NCBI RefSeq assembly: GCF_964355755.1
Contig: NC_092680.1
Location: 10,664,001-10,728,000 of the forward strand
Source of the DNA: Antedon mediterranea
Lineage: Eukaryota > Animalia > Echinodermata
DNA: 64,000 nt
Reading direction: 5' to 3'
Part shown: piece after piece, positions 38,677 through 53,000 of the stretch
Layout: every line of letters starts with the position of its first letter
Numbering within the stretch: position 1 is the first letter of the stretch
Program-made: the position numbers and the translations under genes
The notes under the pieces: generated by a model
Seen by the model: the letters and a program-made list of their open reading frames with translations, nothing else
The model's database searches: none
Told to the model about the DNA's origin: nothing

Positions 38677-39695
38677 TCAAATACATGTAAAAAGACTGCC
38701 ATAAAGCCTCCAAAAGAAGTCAATGTGCTCCTTCGTATTCAGTACTCATGGGTGAGCTTCTTTTCCACCTGGAGTTCTTTTCGAGAGCTGCTGGGTTCCC
38801 GCCCGGAAAATGTTTTATTTACATGATTTGAACAATATTCTAATGTAAATATTAACAGCATCAAAATTTAACAGTGTGGCGTGTTGACCGCGAATGATTA
38901 ACATATTATCTTCCCCATAATACACGTGCACAAGCTCATTTGCATAACAACCACGAGGCATACCAAACTGTTTAAAATAAAGAAAATAGAGTTGCACAGA
39001 CTCCCGCCTGAGAATGGTACTTTACATGATTTGAAATTATATGAAACAAAATATATAAGACTAACAAGGACAATAGAGCTTGTCCCCGGAAAGTGCACCT
39101 ATTCATTGAATTATGAAATTAAATACTACTAGCCTACCATGTTTGGGGCAGAGCTAATAATGAAAATAGAGCCCAGAATTGCACTTATACTTATACTTAT
39201 TACCATACATAATCACCTATGATATTTATGATTATTTGTTAAAAATTCAACTATCCAGATGCGAATTCAAAAGTTTAGGTAGAGTTTTCTACTTTAAAAA
39301 CTCGACTTCGTATATGCCTAAGGCCTAGCCCGGCGGCGGAATTAGTCTAAGTTTCGAAATCGGTCTGGAAATCGGCATCTTTGCAAATGTTCTATATTTG
39401 ATCTATTTCACTCTCCATTAACCCAATACAAAAATCATCGGAGACAAACTATCTGTTTAAAACATGTTTATTCTGGGACGGTGCGGCCATACACACCAAC
39501 TACCATCCATAAATGTTTATTCATAACATATTACAATACAATATCTTGCATGAATCGGACATTTCGATACCAATGTAGCAACATTGATTAACAAAATCAA
39601 AATTCAACAGTGTGGCGTGTTGACCGCGAATTACTAACAATACCATCTTTCACACTACACCTACAAAAACTCATTTGCATAATAACAAACGGCAT
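38677..39695. repeat. Spacer D copy 3
   Basis: Near-identical to 9982-11000. Confidence 0.8.
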
Positions 39696-42276
39696 ATGAT
39701 GTTAGCACAATATATGTGCATAAATGGCAATATTATATAGCATAATTTTTGAATTTCAAAAAGTGGAAATTTTGGCAATTTTTCGAAAAAATTTCAATGG
39801 TCCCCCGCAGCGAAATTTTCGAAAAATTGCCAAATTTCGACCCTTTTATTTTTTGACATAACTAGTTACGATGGCTCTATAAGATGATTCTATCACAATA
39901 TATTTGTATAAATGCCAATATAATAGCATAATTATTGAATTTTAAAAAGTGGAAATTTTGGCCATTTTTCATAAAAATTCCTATGAAATTTTCGCAAAAA
40001 TGGCCAAATTTCAAACCTTTTATTTGTTGACATAACTAGTTACTATGGCTCTATAAGATGATGATAGCACAAAATATTTGCATAAATGGCAATATTATAT
40101 AGCATACTTTTTTAATTTTAAAAAGTAGACATTTTTGGCATTTTTCGAAAAAATTCCTATGGTCCCCCGCAGGATAATTTTCGCAAAAATGGTAAAATTT
40201 CAAACCTTTTATTTTTTTGACATAACTAGTTACTCTTGCTGTATAAGATGAGTTTAGCACAATATATTTGCAATAATGGCAATATTATAGCATAATTTTC
40301 GAATTTCAAAAAGTGTAAATTTTCGCCATTTTTCGAATAAAAACCTTATGGTCCCCCAAAGGGAAATTTTCGAAAAATGGCCAAATTTAGACCCTTTTAT
40401 TTTTTGAAAGAATTAAACGAAGGAGACTAAAATGGTATGGACACATAATTAGATTACCGGATGATACCCCAATCAAACAAACAATGAAGGAAACTAACAG
40501 GAAAGTAAAACGACCCGTAGGAAGACCAAGAAATAACTGGATGAATCAAATAAAGAAAGACTTACAAGGACTAGTAGACACTAACACAATAACAAACCAT
40601 CCTGCCATAAACAGAAAAAAATGGAAACAAATTGTGGAAAGCGTAATGTCGGAAGACGGAAAACGTTAACAACAAACAGTTTCGAAAAAAATCCTATGAA
40701 ATTTTCGCAAAATTGGCAAAATTTCAAACCTTTTATTTTTTGACATAACTAGTTACTATGGCTCTATAAGATGATGTTAGCACAACATATTTGCATAAAT
40801 GGCAATATTATATAGCATACTTTTTTAATTTTAAAAAGTAGAAATTTTTGCCATTTTTCGAAAAAATCCTATGGTCCCCCGCAGGGAAATTTTCGAAAAA
40901 ATGGCAAAATTTCAAACCTTTTATTTTTTGACAAAACAACTAGTTACTCTGGCTGTATAAGATGATGTTAGCACTATATATTTTCATAAATGGCAATATT
41001 ATAGCATAATTTTCGAATTTAAAAAAGTGTAAATTTTCGCCATTTTTCGAATAAAAATCTTATGGTCCCCCGAAGGGAAATTTTCGAAAAATGGCCAAAT
41101 TTAGACCCTTTTATTTTTTGACATAACTAGTTACTATGGCTCTATAAGATGATGTTAGCACAATATATGTGCATAAATGGCAATATTATAGCATAATTGT
41201 TGAATTTCAAAAAGTGGAAATTTTGGCAATTTTACGAAAAAATTCCTATGGTCCCCCGCAACGGAATTTTCGAAAAATTGCCAAATTTCGACCCTTTTGT
41301 TTTTTGACATAACTAGTTACGATGGCTCTATAAGATGATTCTAACACAATATATTTGCATAAATGCCAATATAATAGCATAATTATTGATTTTTAAAAAG
41401 TGGAAATTTTTGTCATTTTTCGAAAAGAATTCCTAACGCAGGGAAATTTTCGCAAAAATGGCCAAATTTCAAACCTTTTATTTTTTGACATAATTAGTTA
41501 CTATGGCTCTATAAGATGATGTTAGCACAATATATTTGCATAAATGGCAATATTATAGCATACTTTTTGAATTTTAAAAAGTAGAAATTTTGGCAATTTT
41601 TCGAAAAAATTCCTATGGCAGGGACATTTTCGCAAAAATGGCAAAATTTCAAACCTTTTATTTTTTGACATAACTAGTTACTCTGGCTGTATAAGATGTA
41701 TATATTTGCATAAATGGCAATATTATAGCATAATTTTCAAATTAAAAAATGTGTAAATTTTCGCAATTTTTCGAATAAAAATCTTATGGTCCCCCGCAGG
41801 GAAATTTTCACAAAAATGGCAAAATTTCAAACCTTTTATTTTTTGACATAACTAGTTACTATGGCTCTATAAAATAATGTTAGCACAATATATGTGCATA
41901 AATGGCAATATTATAGCATACTTTTTTAATTTCAAAAAGTGGAAATTTTGGCCATTTTTCGAAAAAATTCCAATGGTCCCCCGCAGCGAAATTTTCGAAA
42001 GATTGCCAAATTTCGACCCTTTTATTTTTTTACATAACTAGTTACAATGGCTCTATAAGATGATTCTAACACAATATATTTGCATAAATGCCAATATAAT
42101 AGCATAATTATTGAATTTTAAAAGGTGGAAATTTTTGCCATTTTTCGAAAAAATTCCTATGTTCCCCCGCAGGGAAATTTTCGCAAAAATGGCCAAATTT
42201 CAAACCTTTTATTTTTTGACATAACTAGTTATTCTGGCTCTATAAGATGATTCTAACACAATATATTTGCATAAAT
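39696..42276. repeat. Satellite A array containing the RTE fragment
   Basis: ~187 bp monomers. Confidence 0.95.
40407..40679 (+). mobile_element. Second copy of the RTE-type 3' fragment, left end deleted
   Basis: Matches ~26769-27041 with the same right junction; left TSD missing. Confidence 0.85.
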
Positions 42277-45012
42277 AAAGTTTCATCGAAATGCACAAAT
42301 TGGTATAAGACGTTTCCAAATGCGATTTGAAGCTATTCTAAGCACTTTTGGGTTTTTATGTTAACAAGTTTATTAAAAAATGAACAAAATGGTTTAAAAC
42401 GTCTCCAAATGCGATTTGAAGCTATTCTAAGCACGTTGGTGTTTTTATGTTAACAAGTTTTTCCAATTTTGTGAATTTTGAAAAAAACTTGTTAACATAA
42501 AAACACCAAAGTGCTAAGAATAGCTTCAAATCGCATTTGAGGACGTTTTAGATCATTTTGTGCATTTCAATGAAACTTGGTTACACAAAACATCAAAGTG
42601 CTTAAAATCACATTAGAAATCGTTTTAGACCATTTTGAGCATTTCAATAAAACTTTTCACACAAAAACATCAAAGAGCACAAAATAGCCTAATATGGTAT
42701 TTAAAAACGTTTTAGACCATTTTGAGTATTTCGACAATACTTTTTCACACAAAACATCAAAGTGTACAGAATAGCTTCAAATCGCATTTGGAGACGTTTT
42801 AGACCATTTTGTGATTTTCGAAAAAACTTGTTAACATAAAAACACCAAAGTGCTAAGAATAGCTGCTTCAAATCGCATTTGGAAACGTTTTAGATCATTT
42901 TGTGCATTTCAATTTAACTTGTTTACACAAAAACATCAAAGTGCTTAAAATCACATTAGAAACCGTTTTAGAACATTTTGAGCATTTCGAAAAAAACATC
43001 AAAGACCATAAAATAGCTTAATATCGTATTTTAAAACGTTTTAGACCATTTTGAGCATTTCGACAAAACTTTTTCACAAAAAACATGAAAGTGTACAGAA
43101 TAGCTTCAAATCGCATTTGGAGACGTTTTAGACCATTTTGTGCATTTCGATGAAACAAAAACATGAAAGTGCTTAAAATCACATTAGAAACCGTTTTAGA
43201 CCATTTTGAGCATTTCAATAAAACTTTTCACACAAAAACATCAAAGAGCACAAAATAGTTTAATATCGTATTTAAAAACGTTTTAGACCATTTTGAGTAT
43301 TTCGAAAATACTTTTTCACACAAAACACCAAAGTGTACAGAATAGCTTCAAATCGCATTTGGAGACGATTTAGACCATTTTGTGATTTTCGAAAAAACTT
43401 GTTAACATAAAAACACCAAAGTGCTAAGAATAGCTGCTTCAAATCGCATTTGGAAACGTTTTAGATCATTTTGTGCATTTCAATGAAACTTGGTTACACA
43501 AAAACATCAAATTGCTTAAAATCACATTAGAAACCGTTTTAGACCATTTTGAGCATTTCGAAAAAACTTTTCATACAAAAACATCAAAGAGCATAAAATA
43601 GCTTAATATCGTATTTGAAAAACGTTTTAGACCATTTTGAGCATTTCGACAAACTTTTTCACACAAAACATGAAAGTGTACAGAATAGCTTCAAATCGCA
43701 TTTGGAGACGTTTTAGACCATTTTGTGATTTTCGAAAAAACTTGTTAACATAAAAACACCAAAGTGCAAATCGCATTACGAGACGTTTTAGATCATTTTG
43801 TGATTTCCGAATAAAATTGTTAACATAAAAGCACCAAAGTGCTAAGAATAGCTTCAAATCGCATTTGGAGACGTTTTTGACCATTTTGTGATTTTCGAAA
43901 AAACTTGTTAACATAAAAACACCAAAGTGCTAAGAATAGCTTCAAATCGCATTTGGAGACGTTTTAGACCATTTTCTGATTTTCGAGAAAACTTGTTAAC
44001 ATAAAAACTCCAAAGTGCTTAGAATAGTTTCAAATCGCATTTGGAGACGTTTTAGACTATTTTGTGATTTTCGAAAAAACTTAACATAAAAACACCAAAG
44101 TGATTAGAATAGCTTCAAATCGCATTTGGAGACGTTTTAGTCCATTTTGTTCATTTCGATGAAACTTGGTTTCTTAGCTCTTTGGTGTTTTTATGTTAAC
44201 AAGTTTTTTTGAAAATCACAAAATGCTCTAAAAACGTCTCCAAATGCGATTTGAAGCTATTCTTAGCCCTTTGGTGTTTTTATGTTAACAACTTTTTTTG
44301 AAAATCACAAAATGGTCTAAAACGTCTCCAAATGCAATTTGAAGCTATTCTGTACATTTTGATGTTTTGTGTGAAAAAGTTTTGTCAAAATGCTCAAAAT
44401 GGTCTAAAATGTTTTTAAATACGATATTAAGCTATTTTGTGCTCTTTGTTGTTTTTGTGTGAAAAGTTTTATCGAAATGCTCAAAATGGTCTAAGACGGT
44501 TTCTAATGTGATTTTAAGCACTTTCATGTTTTTGTGTAACCAATTTTTTTCGAAAATCACAAAATGGTCTAAAACGTCTCCAAATGCGATTTGAAGCTAT
44601 TCTGTACACTTTGATGTTTTATGGGAAAAAGTTTTGTCGAAATGCTCAAAATGGTCTAAAACGTTTTCAAATACGATATTAAGCTATTTTGTGCTCTTTG
44701 ATGTTTTTGTGTGAACAGTTTTATCGAAATGCTCAAAATGGTCTAAAACGGTTTCTAATTTGATTTTAAGCACTTTGATGTTTTCGTGTAACCAAGTTTC
44801 ATCGAAATGCACAAAATGGTCTAAAACGTCTCCAAATGCGATTTGAAGCTATTCTAAGCACTTTTGTGTTTTTGTGTTAACAAGTTTTTTCGAAAATCAC
44901 AAAATTGTCTAAAACGTCTCCAAATGCGATTTGAAGCTTTTTTGTACACTTTGATGTTTTGTGTGAAAAAGTTTTGTCGAAATGCTCAAAATGGTCTTAA
45001 ACGTTTTTAAAT
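42277..45012. repeat. Satellite B array copy 4
   Basis: Near-identical to 12621-15356. Confidence 0.93.
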
Positions 45013-46019
45013 CTCTCATCCTCGTATAAGGAAATTATTGATAGGAATGCTGTATTAGAGGAACAAGTCAAGACGTTACAGGTTCTAGTAAGTGAACAGG
45101 ATTTCAAACAACCAAGATGTTCAGCAAAGAGATCAGTTGTAAAATCAAATACTCAAACATCTATTAATTTGAATAACCCTTGCCTCAGTATCACTAGGAG
45201 GGAAGAAGGCAAAGTCTGTGAAGAAAATTTGCAAAATATTACTTATAATAATGTATCACCTAAGCCTACAAAGAAAGCCGAACAAATTACAGCAAAACAA
45301 CTTCCAGCTAAACAAATTCCAGCTAAACAAATTCCAGTTAAACAGATTCCAGCCAAACAAATTCCAGCTAATCAACAAAGAAATCTAATAATAGGTGACT
45401 CTATGCTGAAGCATATTAAGACAAATGGTCTATGTGAAACATCTGTGAGAACATTAAGAGGAGCAACTGTGGAACAAGTTAACTATACATTATGTGAGAT
45501 CGATCTGACCAATGTAGAAAATTTTGTCATTCATGCTGGAACAAATGACTGTTGCGATATCAACTTTGACTTGGATAGGCTAAAGAACGACTACACTGAT
45601 ATGATATCAAGGCTTAAAATGAAGATAACAGGCGAGGTTTTCATCTCAGCGATTTGCCCGAGACTTGATGATCTTTCATTAAACAGACGCGTATTTGACG
45701 TAAATGAAATGCTCAAATATTCTTTCGGTAACATTGTTATGGATCACAGCCGAGCTTTCACTACACGATATGGAGTGGATTCATCAAAGTTTACAAGTCA
45801 TGGTTTACATCTTAACTTGAGGGGTACATCAGCCTTGGTTAAGAGTATTAATAATGTACTGTCAATAATATCACCAAAGAAAAATAGAAGAACTGGAAGC
45901 ACGCACACTAGAGATCATCAAAGCATGCCTGTAGCAAATTGTCATTTCTGTTTTTTGCAGACATGGAAAAGCAGTTGTGTGTAGGACATAAAGCGAAATT
46001 TTGCCAAGTTGAACACTGA
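45013..46019 (+). pseudogene. LINE ORF1 remnant, copy 4
   Basis: ORF 45169-45984 with SGNH motifs; second knuckle disrupted by the deletion. Confidence 0.85.
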
Positions 46020-46061
46020 AAAAATGGCAAAGTAGATGAAGCCGTAATAAATGTAGCTAAG

Positions 46062-47083
46062 ATGAAGAGTGCTGATGATAATGACATAACATTAAATGAA
46101 ATTTATATAAACAATGATTCTAGTAATAATAGCAGTAATATAGTAAATTCAGGTAACACAAAATCAAGTAAAATGTTAAGTTTATTCTATTTTAATATAA
46201 GAAGTATGAAAAACAAATTATTAGATTTCAATGTTAGATTTTCTTCTTCGTCTCATGACGTCATTGCTATATCAGAGACATGGCCCGATAGCACAGTATA
46301 TGATAGTCAGCTTTTAAACAATGATTATACCATTTTTAGAAAGGATAGAAATTCTCATGGAGGGGGGGGGTTTAATTGCTTGTAAAACATGTTTAAATCC
46401 ATCTTTATGCACAGATCTCAATGTTGATACACTTGAACTGATTTGGATAGAATGTCATTGTAATATAGGTAAAATTTTATTAGGAGTGTTTTATAGGCCG
46501 CCTTCTTCAAATGTTCAATATTTAAATTCCTTTATTGATAATATAGATAAAGTTCAAGCAAAAGTTGTTGATTACAAACAGGTATTACTCATAGGCGACT
46601 TTAATATTCATGTTGATTGGAATTGTTTGAATGTGAACAATGGTTTATCCGCCCAAGCAAGAAGCTTGGTAGAAGGAACAATGGCAACTGGACTAGTGCA
46701 AATAATAGACCAGCCTTCTTATGTAACACGAAATGGGGATGGGCACTTTTTGGACTTGGCTTTTGTTAGTAATCCACTTTTAATTGATAAATGTCAAATT
46801 ATTAACAATTTTGACTCATGTGATCATGAGGCAATTGAGATATGTCTAAGGATATCAAAACAACGTGACAAAGTTATAACAAAAACTGTATATGTACTAA
46901 AAAATGCAGATTAGCAGAAAAGCATATTAATTAATTTTAATTGGGAAAATTGTTTTATGTTTGAAAATATGAATCTGTGCCTATTAAGAAAAGAAATAAA
47001 ACTAAATTATTTCCATGGATTACTACAGAAATTAAGAAACTTTGTACAAAGAAAAGAAAATTATATAGGAAGGCTAAGATTTC
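46062..47083 (+). pseudogene. LINE ORF2 AP endonuclease remnant, copy 4
   Basis: Split ORFs 46062-46385 and 46321-46914 at poly-G. Confidence 0.9.
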
Positions 47084-50000
47084 TTTTTCTTTTTTTTTTT
47101 TTGAAAATAAATATTGTTTTTGAAAGTGAAATATTGTTATAGTTGTAAATGTCAGGCCTAAACAAGTGGACCTTTTTTAAAATCAGAAACAAAGTTGCAT
47201 GACATTATTTTTCATTGATTGATCATTTATTTCATATAAATAGACTATTATCAGCTCTTCACTCAACTACTGGGTTGTGGCGTAACCGGTAATGCTCAGG
47301 TTTGAGTTCTCTCAGTAGTGGGTTCGAATCTCTAGGAATATTTTTTCTTTTTTTTTTAATTGAAAATAAATATGGTTTTTGATAGTGAGATATTTTATTT
47401 TTATGGTTGTAAATGTCATGCCTAACCAAGTCGACCTTTTTAAAAGTCAGAAATGAAGTTGCATAGCATTATTTTTCATTGATTGATTTATCCATTCATA
47501 TAAATAGACTATTATCAGCTCTTCAGTCATCTACTGGTTTGTGGCGTAATTGGTAATGCTCAGGTTTGAGTGCTCTCAGCAGTGGGTTCGAACCTATACG
47601 GGTATTTTTTTCTTTTTTTTTTAATTGAAAATAAATATTGTTTTTGAAAGTGAGATATTTTTATGGTTGTAAATGTCATGCCTAACCAAGTGGACCTTTT
47701 TTAAAATCAGAAACAAAGTTGCATAACATCATTTTACATTGATTGATCATTCATTTCATATAAATAGACTATTATGATCTCTTCAGGCATCTACTGGTTT
47801 GTGGCGTAACCGGTAATGCTCATGTTTGAGATCTCTCAGTAGTGGGTTTGAACCTCTTGGGATATTTTTTTGTTTTTTTTTTAATTGAAAATAAATATTG
47901 TTTTTGAAAGTGAGATATTTTGAGGGTTGTAAATGCATGGCATAAAGAAAAGGACCTTTTTTAAAATCAGAAACAAAGTTGCATAACATCATTTTACATT
48001 GATTAATTATTTATTTCATATAAATAGAGTATTATTAGCTCTTCAGTCATCTACTGGTTTGTGGCGTAGCGTGTAGTGCTCAAGTTTGAGTGCTCGCAGT
48101 AGTGGGTTCGCACCTCTAAGGAAATTTTTATTTATTTTTTTTTTTAAATTGAAAAAAAATATTGTTTTTGAAAGTGAGATATTTTGAGGGTTGTAAATGT
48201 CAGGCCTAAAGAAGTGGACCTTTTTTAAAATCAGAAACAAAGTTGCATGGCATTATTTTTCATTGATTGATCATTAATTTCATATTATCAGCTCTTCAGT
48301 CATCTACTGGTTTGTGGCGTAACGGGTAATACCCAGGTTCGAGTGCTCTCAGTAGCGGGTTCCAACCTCTAGGGATATTGCTTTTTTTTTCTTATTGAAA
48401 ATAAATATTTTTTTTGGAAAATGAGATATTTTGAGGGTTGTAAATGTCAGGCCTAAACAAACGGATCTTTTTTTCAATCAGAAACAAAGTTGCATGGCAT
48501 TATTTTTCATTGATTGATCATTTCATATAAATAGACTATTATCAGCCCTTCAGTCATCTACTGGTTTGTGGCGTAACGGGTAATACTCAGGTCTGAGTGC
48601 TCTCAGTAGTGGGTTCTAACCTCTAGGGATATGTCTTTTTTCTTTTTTTTTTAATTGAAAATAAATATTGTTTTTGATAGTGAGATATTTTTATGGTTGT
48701 AAATGTCATGCCTAATCAAGTCGACCTTTTTAAAAATCAGAAATAAAGTTGCATAGCATTATTTTTCATTGATTGATCATCCATTCATATAAATAGACTA
48801 TTATCAGCTCTTCAGTCATCTACTGGTTTGTGGCGTAACGGGTAATGCTCAGGTTTGAGTGCTCCCAGTAGTGCGTCGAACCTCTAGGGATATTTTTTTT
48901 CTTTTTTTTTAAATTGAAAATAAATATGGTTTTTGAAAGTGTGATATTTTGAGGGTTGTAAATGTCAGGCCTAAACAAGTGGACATTTTTTCAATCAGAA
49001 ACAAAGTTGCATGGCATTATTTTTCATTGATTGATCATTCATTTCATATAAATAGACTATTATGAGCTCGGCCGTTCCAAGGCAAAACAACGTAACTACA
49101 AAATGTTGCTTTTCGAGAAAAATTGAATTGAAGTTTGAGTGTTTGCATTTCAACAACAAATTATCGTAATGATGTGAAATTTTGCATGAGTATATATAAA
49201 TAATAATTATTATTAAATACAAAATGTTAAATAATTTAAACAATTTGATCAAAAGTTATTACCACTTTTAACAGATACGTTGTTTTGCCTTAGAAATGAC
49301 GTGCATAGAATGAAAGTCATTTCTGAGGCAAAACAACGTAACTGCGATATTCTGTGGCAAAACAACGTAACTGTGATCATTCCATGGCAAAACAACGTAA
49401 CTGTGATGATTTTAAAAACAATGGATTGAAACTCTTTTTGAACAAAAGGGAAGGCTGCGATCATCTATGATGGCTAGGAACTAGGTTGGCTTAACAAAGA
49501 GTGCATTTGAAGCTAGGCTTAGCCATTTGCATCTACTATTTATGATATAGACTTATTACATTATTATGTTATAGCCTACCTACTAGCCTGCTACTACAAG
49601 GCCTACGTACAAAAATGCAAAGACGGCCGTCCGACTAGGCTAGGCATAGCCTAGTTTCAATGACAATACTGGTGTACTAGGCTAGATTAGGTAGGTCTGT
49701 AAAAATAATAGCCTAGCCTAGTTTCAAGCTTGCCTGAACTTTTTCGTAAATATAGTTAATTCTTAGAATAAATTTTAATACATTAAATTAGTTGTCTAGC
49801 GTAATAAGCCTAATATTGTTTAATATATCTTTTACTTTTAGTTAAGATCGTTGCTATGCCTATCGTCATGCATCAGTGGCTTCTGTCTCAAAATTACGTA
49901 ACTTAGCTGATTGTGAGAATTTGAAGCGAAAATCGTAGACATTTCCGTGGCAGATCTGGTAGATACGTTGTTTTGCCTTGGAAAATACCAGAATTATTTG

Positions 50001-53000
50001 TTTTTTGCTTAAAGATACGTGGTACTATCTCTAAAATTAATGATCTCTGAAACCTGAAATTTTTACAGGTTGTTCATAAATTTGTAATAATTCCCCAAAT
50101 GTAAAATCTCAAAATTGATAAAAATGCGAGTTACGTGGTAGGCATTGGAACGGCCGAGCTCTTCAGTCATCTATTGGTTTGTGGCGTAATGGGTAATGCT
50201 CAGGTTTGAGTGCTCTCAGCAGTGGGTTCGAACCTATACGGGTATTTTTTTTCTTTTTTTTTATTGAAAATAAATATTGTTTTTGAAAGTGAGATATTTT
50301 GAGGGTTGCAACTGTCAAGCCTAAACAAGTGAACCTTTTTTAAAGTCAGAAAGAAAGTTGCATGGCATTATTTTTCATTGATTGATCATCTATTTCATAT
50401 AAATAGACTATTATCAGCTCTTCAGACATCTACTGGTTTGCCGCGTAACTGGTAATCCTCAGGTTTGAGTGATTTCAATAGTGGGTTTGAACTTCCAGGG
50501 ATATTTTTTTTCTTTTTTTTTTTATTCGAAAATAAATATTGTTTTTGAATGTGAAATATTGTTAAAGTTGTAAATGTCAGGCCTGAACAAGTGGACCTTT
50601 TTTAAAATCAGAAACAAAGTTGCATAACATTTTTTGTCATTGATTGATCATTCATTTCATATAAATAGACTATTATCAGCTCTTCACTCATCTACTGGGT
50701 TGTTGCGTAACCGGTAATGCTCAGGTTTGAGTTCTCTCAGTAGTGGGTTCGAATCTCTAGGAATATTTTTTCTTTTTTTTTTAATTGAAAATAAATATTG
50801 TTTTTGATAGTGAGATATTTTTATGGTTGTAAATGTCATGCCTAACCAAGTCGACCTTTTTAAAAATCAGAAATGAAGTTGCATCGCATTATTTTTCATT
50901 GATTGATCATCCATTCATATAAATAGACTATTATCAGCTGTTCAGTCATCTACTGGTTTGTGGCGTAACGGGTAATGCTCAGGTTTGAGTGCTCTCAGCA
51001 GTGTGTTCGAACCTATATGGGTTTTTTTTTTCTTTTTTTTTTCATTGAAAATAAATATTGTTTTTGAAAGTGAGATATTGTTATGGTTGTAAATGTCAGG
51101 CCTAAACAAGTGGACCTTTTTTAAAATCAGAAACAAAGTTGCATAATATTATTTTTCATTGATTGATCATTCATTTCATATAAATAGACTATTATCAGCT
51201 CTTCAGTCATCTACTGGTTTGTGGCGTAACGGGTAATGCTCAGGTTTGAGTGCTCTCAGCAGTGGGTTCGAACCTATATGGGTATTTTTTTTCTTTTTTT
51301 TTTTAAATTGAAAATAAATATTGTTTTTGAAAGTGAGATATTTTGAGGGTTGTAAATGTCATGCCTAACAAAGTGGACCTTTTTTAAAATTAGAAACAAA
51401 GTTGCATAACATCATTTTACATTGATTGATCATTCATTTCATATAAATAGACTATTATGATCTCTTCAGGCATCTACTGGTTTGTGGCGTAACGGGTAAT
51501 ACTCAGGTCTGAGTGCTCTCAGTAGTGTGTTCGCACCTCTAAGGATATTTTTATTTATTTTTTTTTTAAATTGAAAATAAATATTGTTTATCAGAAACAA
51601 AGTTGCATAAGATTATTTTTCATTGATTGATCATCCATTCATATAAATAGACTATTATCAGCTCTTTAGTCATCTACTGGTTTGTGGCGTAGCGGGTAAT
51701 GCTCAAGTTTGAGTGCTCGCAGTAGTGTGTTCGCACCTCTAAGGATATTTTTATTTATTTTTTTTTTAAATTGAAAATAAATATTGTTTTTGAAAGTGAG
51801 ATATTTTGAGGGTTGTAAATGTCAGGCCTAAACAAGTGGACCTTTTTTAAAATCAGAAAGAAAGTTGCATGGCATTATTTTTTCATTGATTGATCATTCA
51901 TTTCATATAAATAGACTATTATCAGCTCCTCAGTCATCTATTGGTTTGTGGCGTAACGGGTAATACTCAGGTCTGAGTGCTCTCGGTAGTGGGTTCTAAC
52001 CTCTAGGGATATTTCTTTTTTCTTTTTTTTTTAATTGAAAATAAATATTTTTTTTGAAAATGAGATATTTTGAGAGTTATAAATGTCAGGCCTAAAGAAG
52101 TGGACCTTTTTTAAAATCAGAAACAAAGTTGCATGGCATTATTTTTCATTGATTGATCATTAATTTCATATTATCAGCTCTTCAGTCATCTACTGGTTTG
52201 AAGCGTAACGGGTAATACCCAGGTTCGAGTGCTCTCAGTAGCGGGTTCCAACCTCTAGGGATATTGCTTTTTTTTTAAATTGAAAATAAATTTTCTTTTT
52301 GATAGTGAGATATTTTTATGGTTGTAAATGTCATGCCTAACCAAGTTGAAAATAAATATTGTTTTTGAAAGTGAAATATTGTTATAGTTGTAAATGTCAG
52401 GCCTAAACAAGTGGACCTTTTTTAAAATCAGAAACAAAGTAGACTATTATCAGCTCTTCACTCATCTACTGGGTTGTGGCGTAACCGGTAATGCTCAGGG
52501 GTGAGTTCTCTCAGTAGTGGGTTCGAATCTCTAGGAATATTTTTTCTTTTTTTTTTAATTGAAAATAAATATTGTTTTTGATAGTGAGATATTTTTATGG
52601 TTGTAAATGTCATGCCTAACCAAGTCGACCTTTTTAAAAATCAAAAATGAAGTTGCATCGCATTATTTTTCATTGATTGATCATCCATTCATATAAATAG
52701 ACTATTATCAGCTGTTCAGTCATCTACTGGATTGTGGCGTAACGGGTAATGCTCAGGTTTGAGTGCTCTCAGCAGTGTGTTCGAACCTATATAGGTTTTT
52801 TTTTTCTTTTTTTTTTCATTGAAAATAAATATAGTTTTTGAAAGTGAGATATTGTTATGGTTGTAAATGTCAGGCCTAAACAAGTGGACCTTTTTTAAAA
52901 TCAGAAACAAAGTTGCATAATATTATTTTTCATTGATTGATCATTCATTTCATATAAATAGACTATTATCAGCTCTTCAGTCATCGACTGGTTTGTGGCG

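Larger units (their letters stand above)
45013..47083 (+). mobile_element. CR1/L2-clade LINE fragment, copy 4
   Basis: Same junctions; additional 17-bp deletion at ~45980. Confidence 0.88.
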
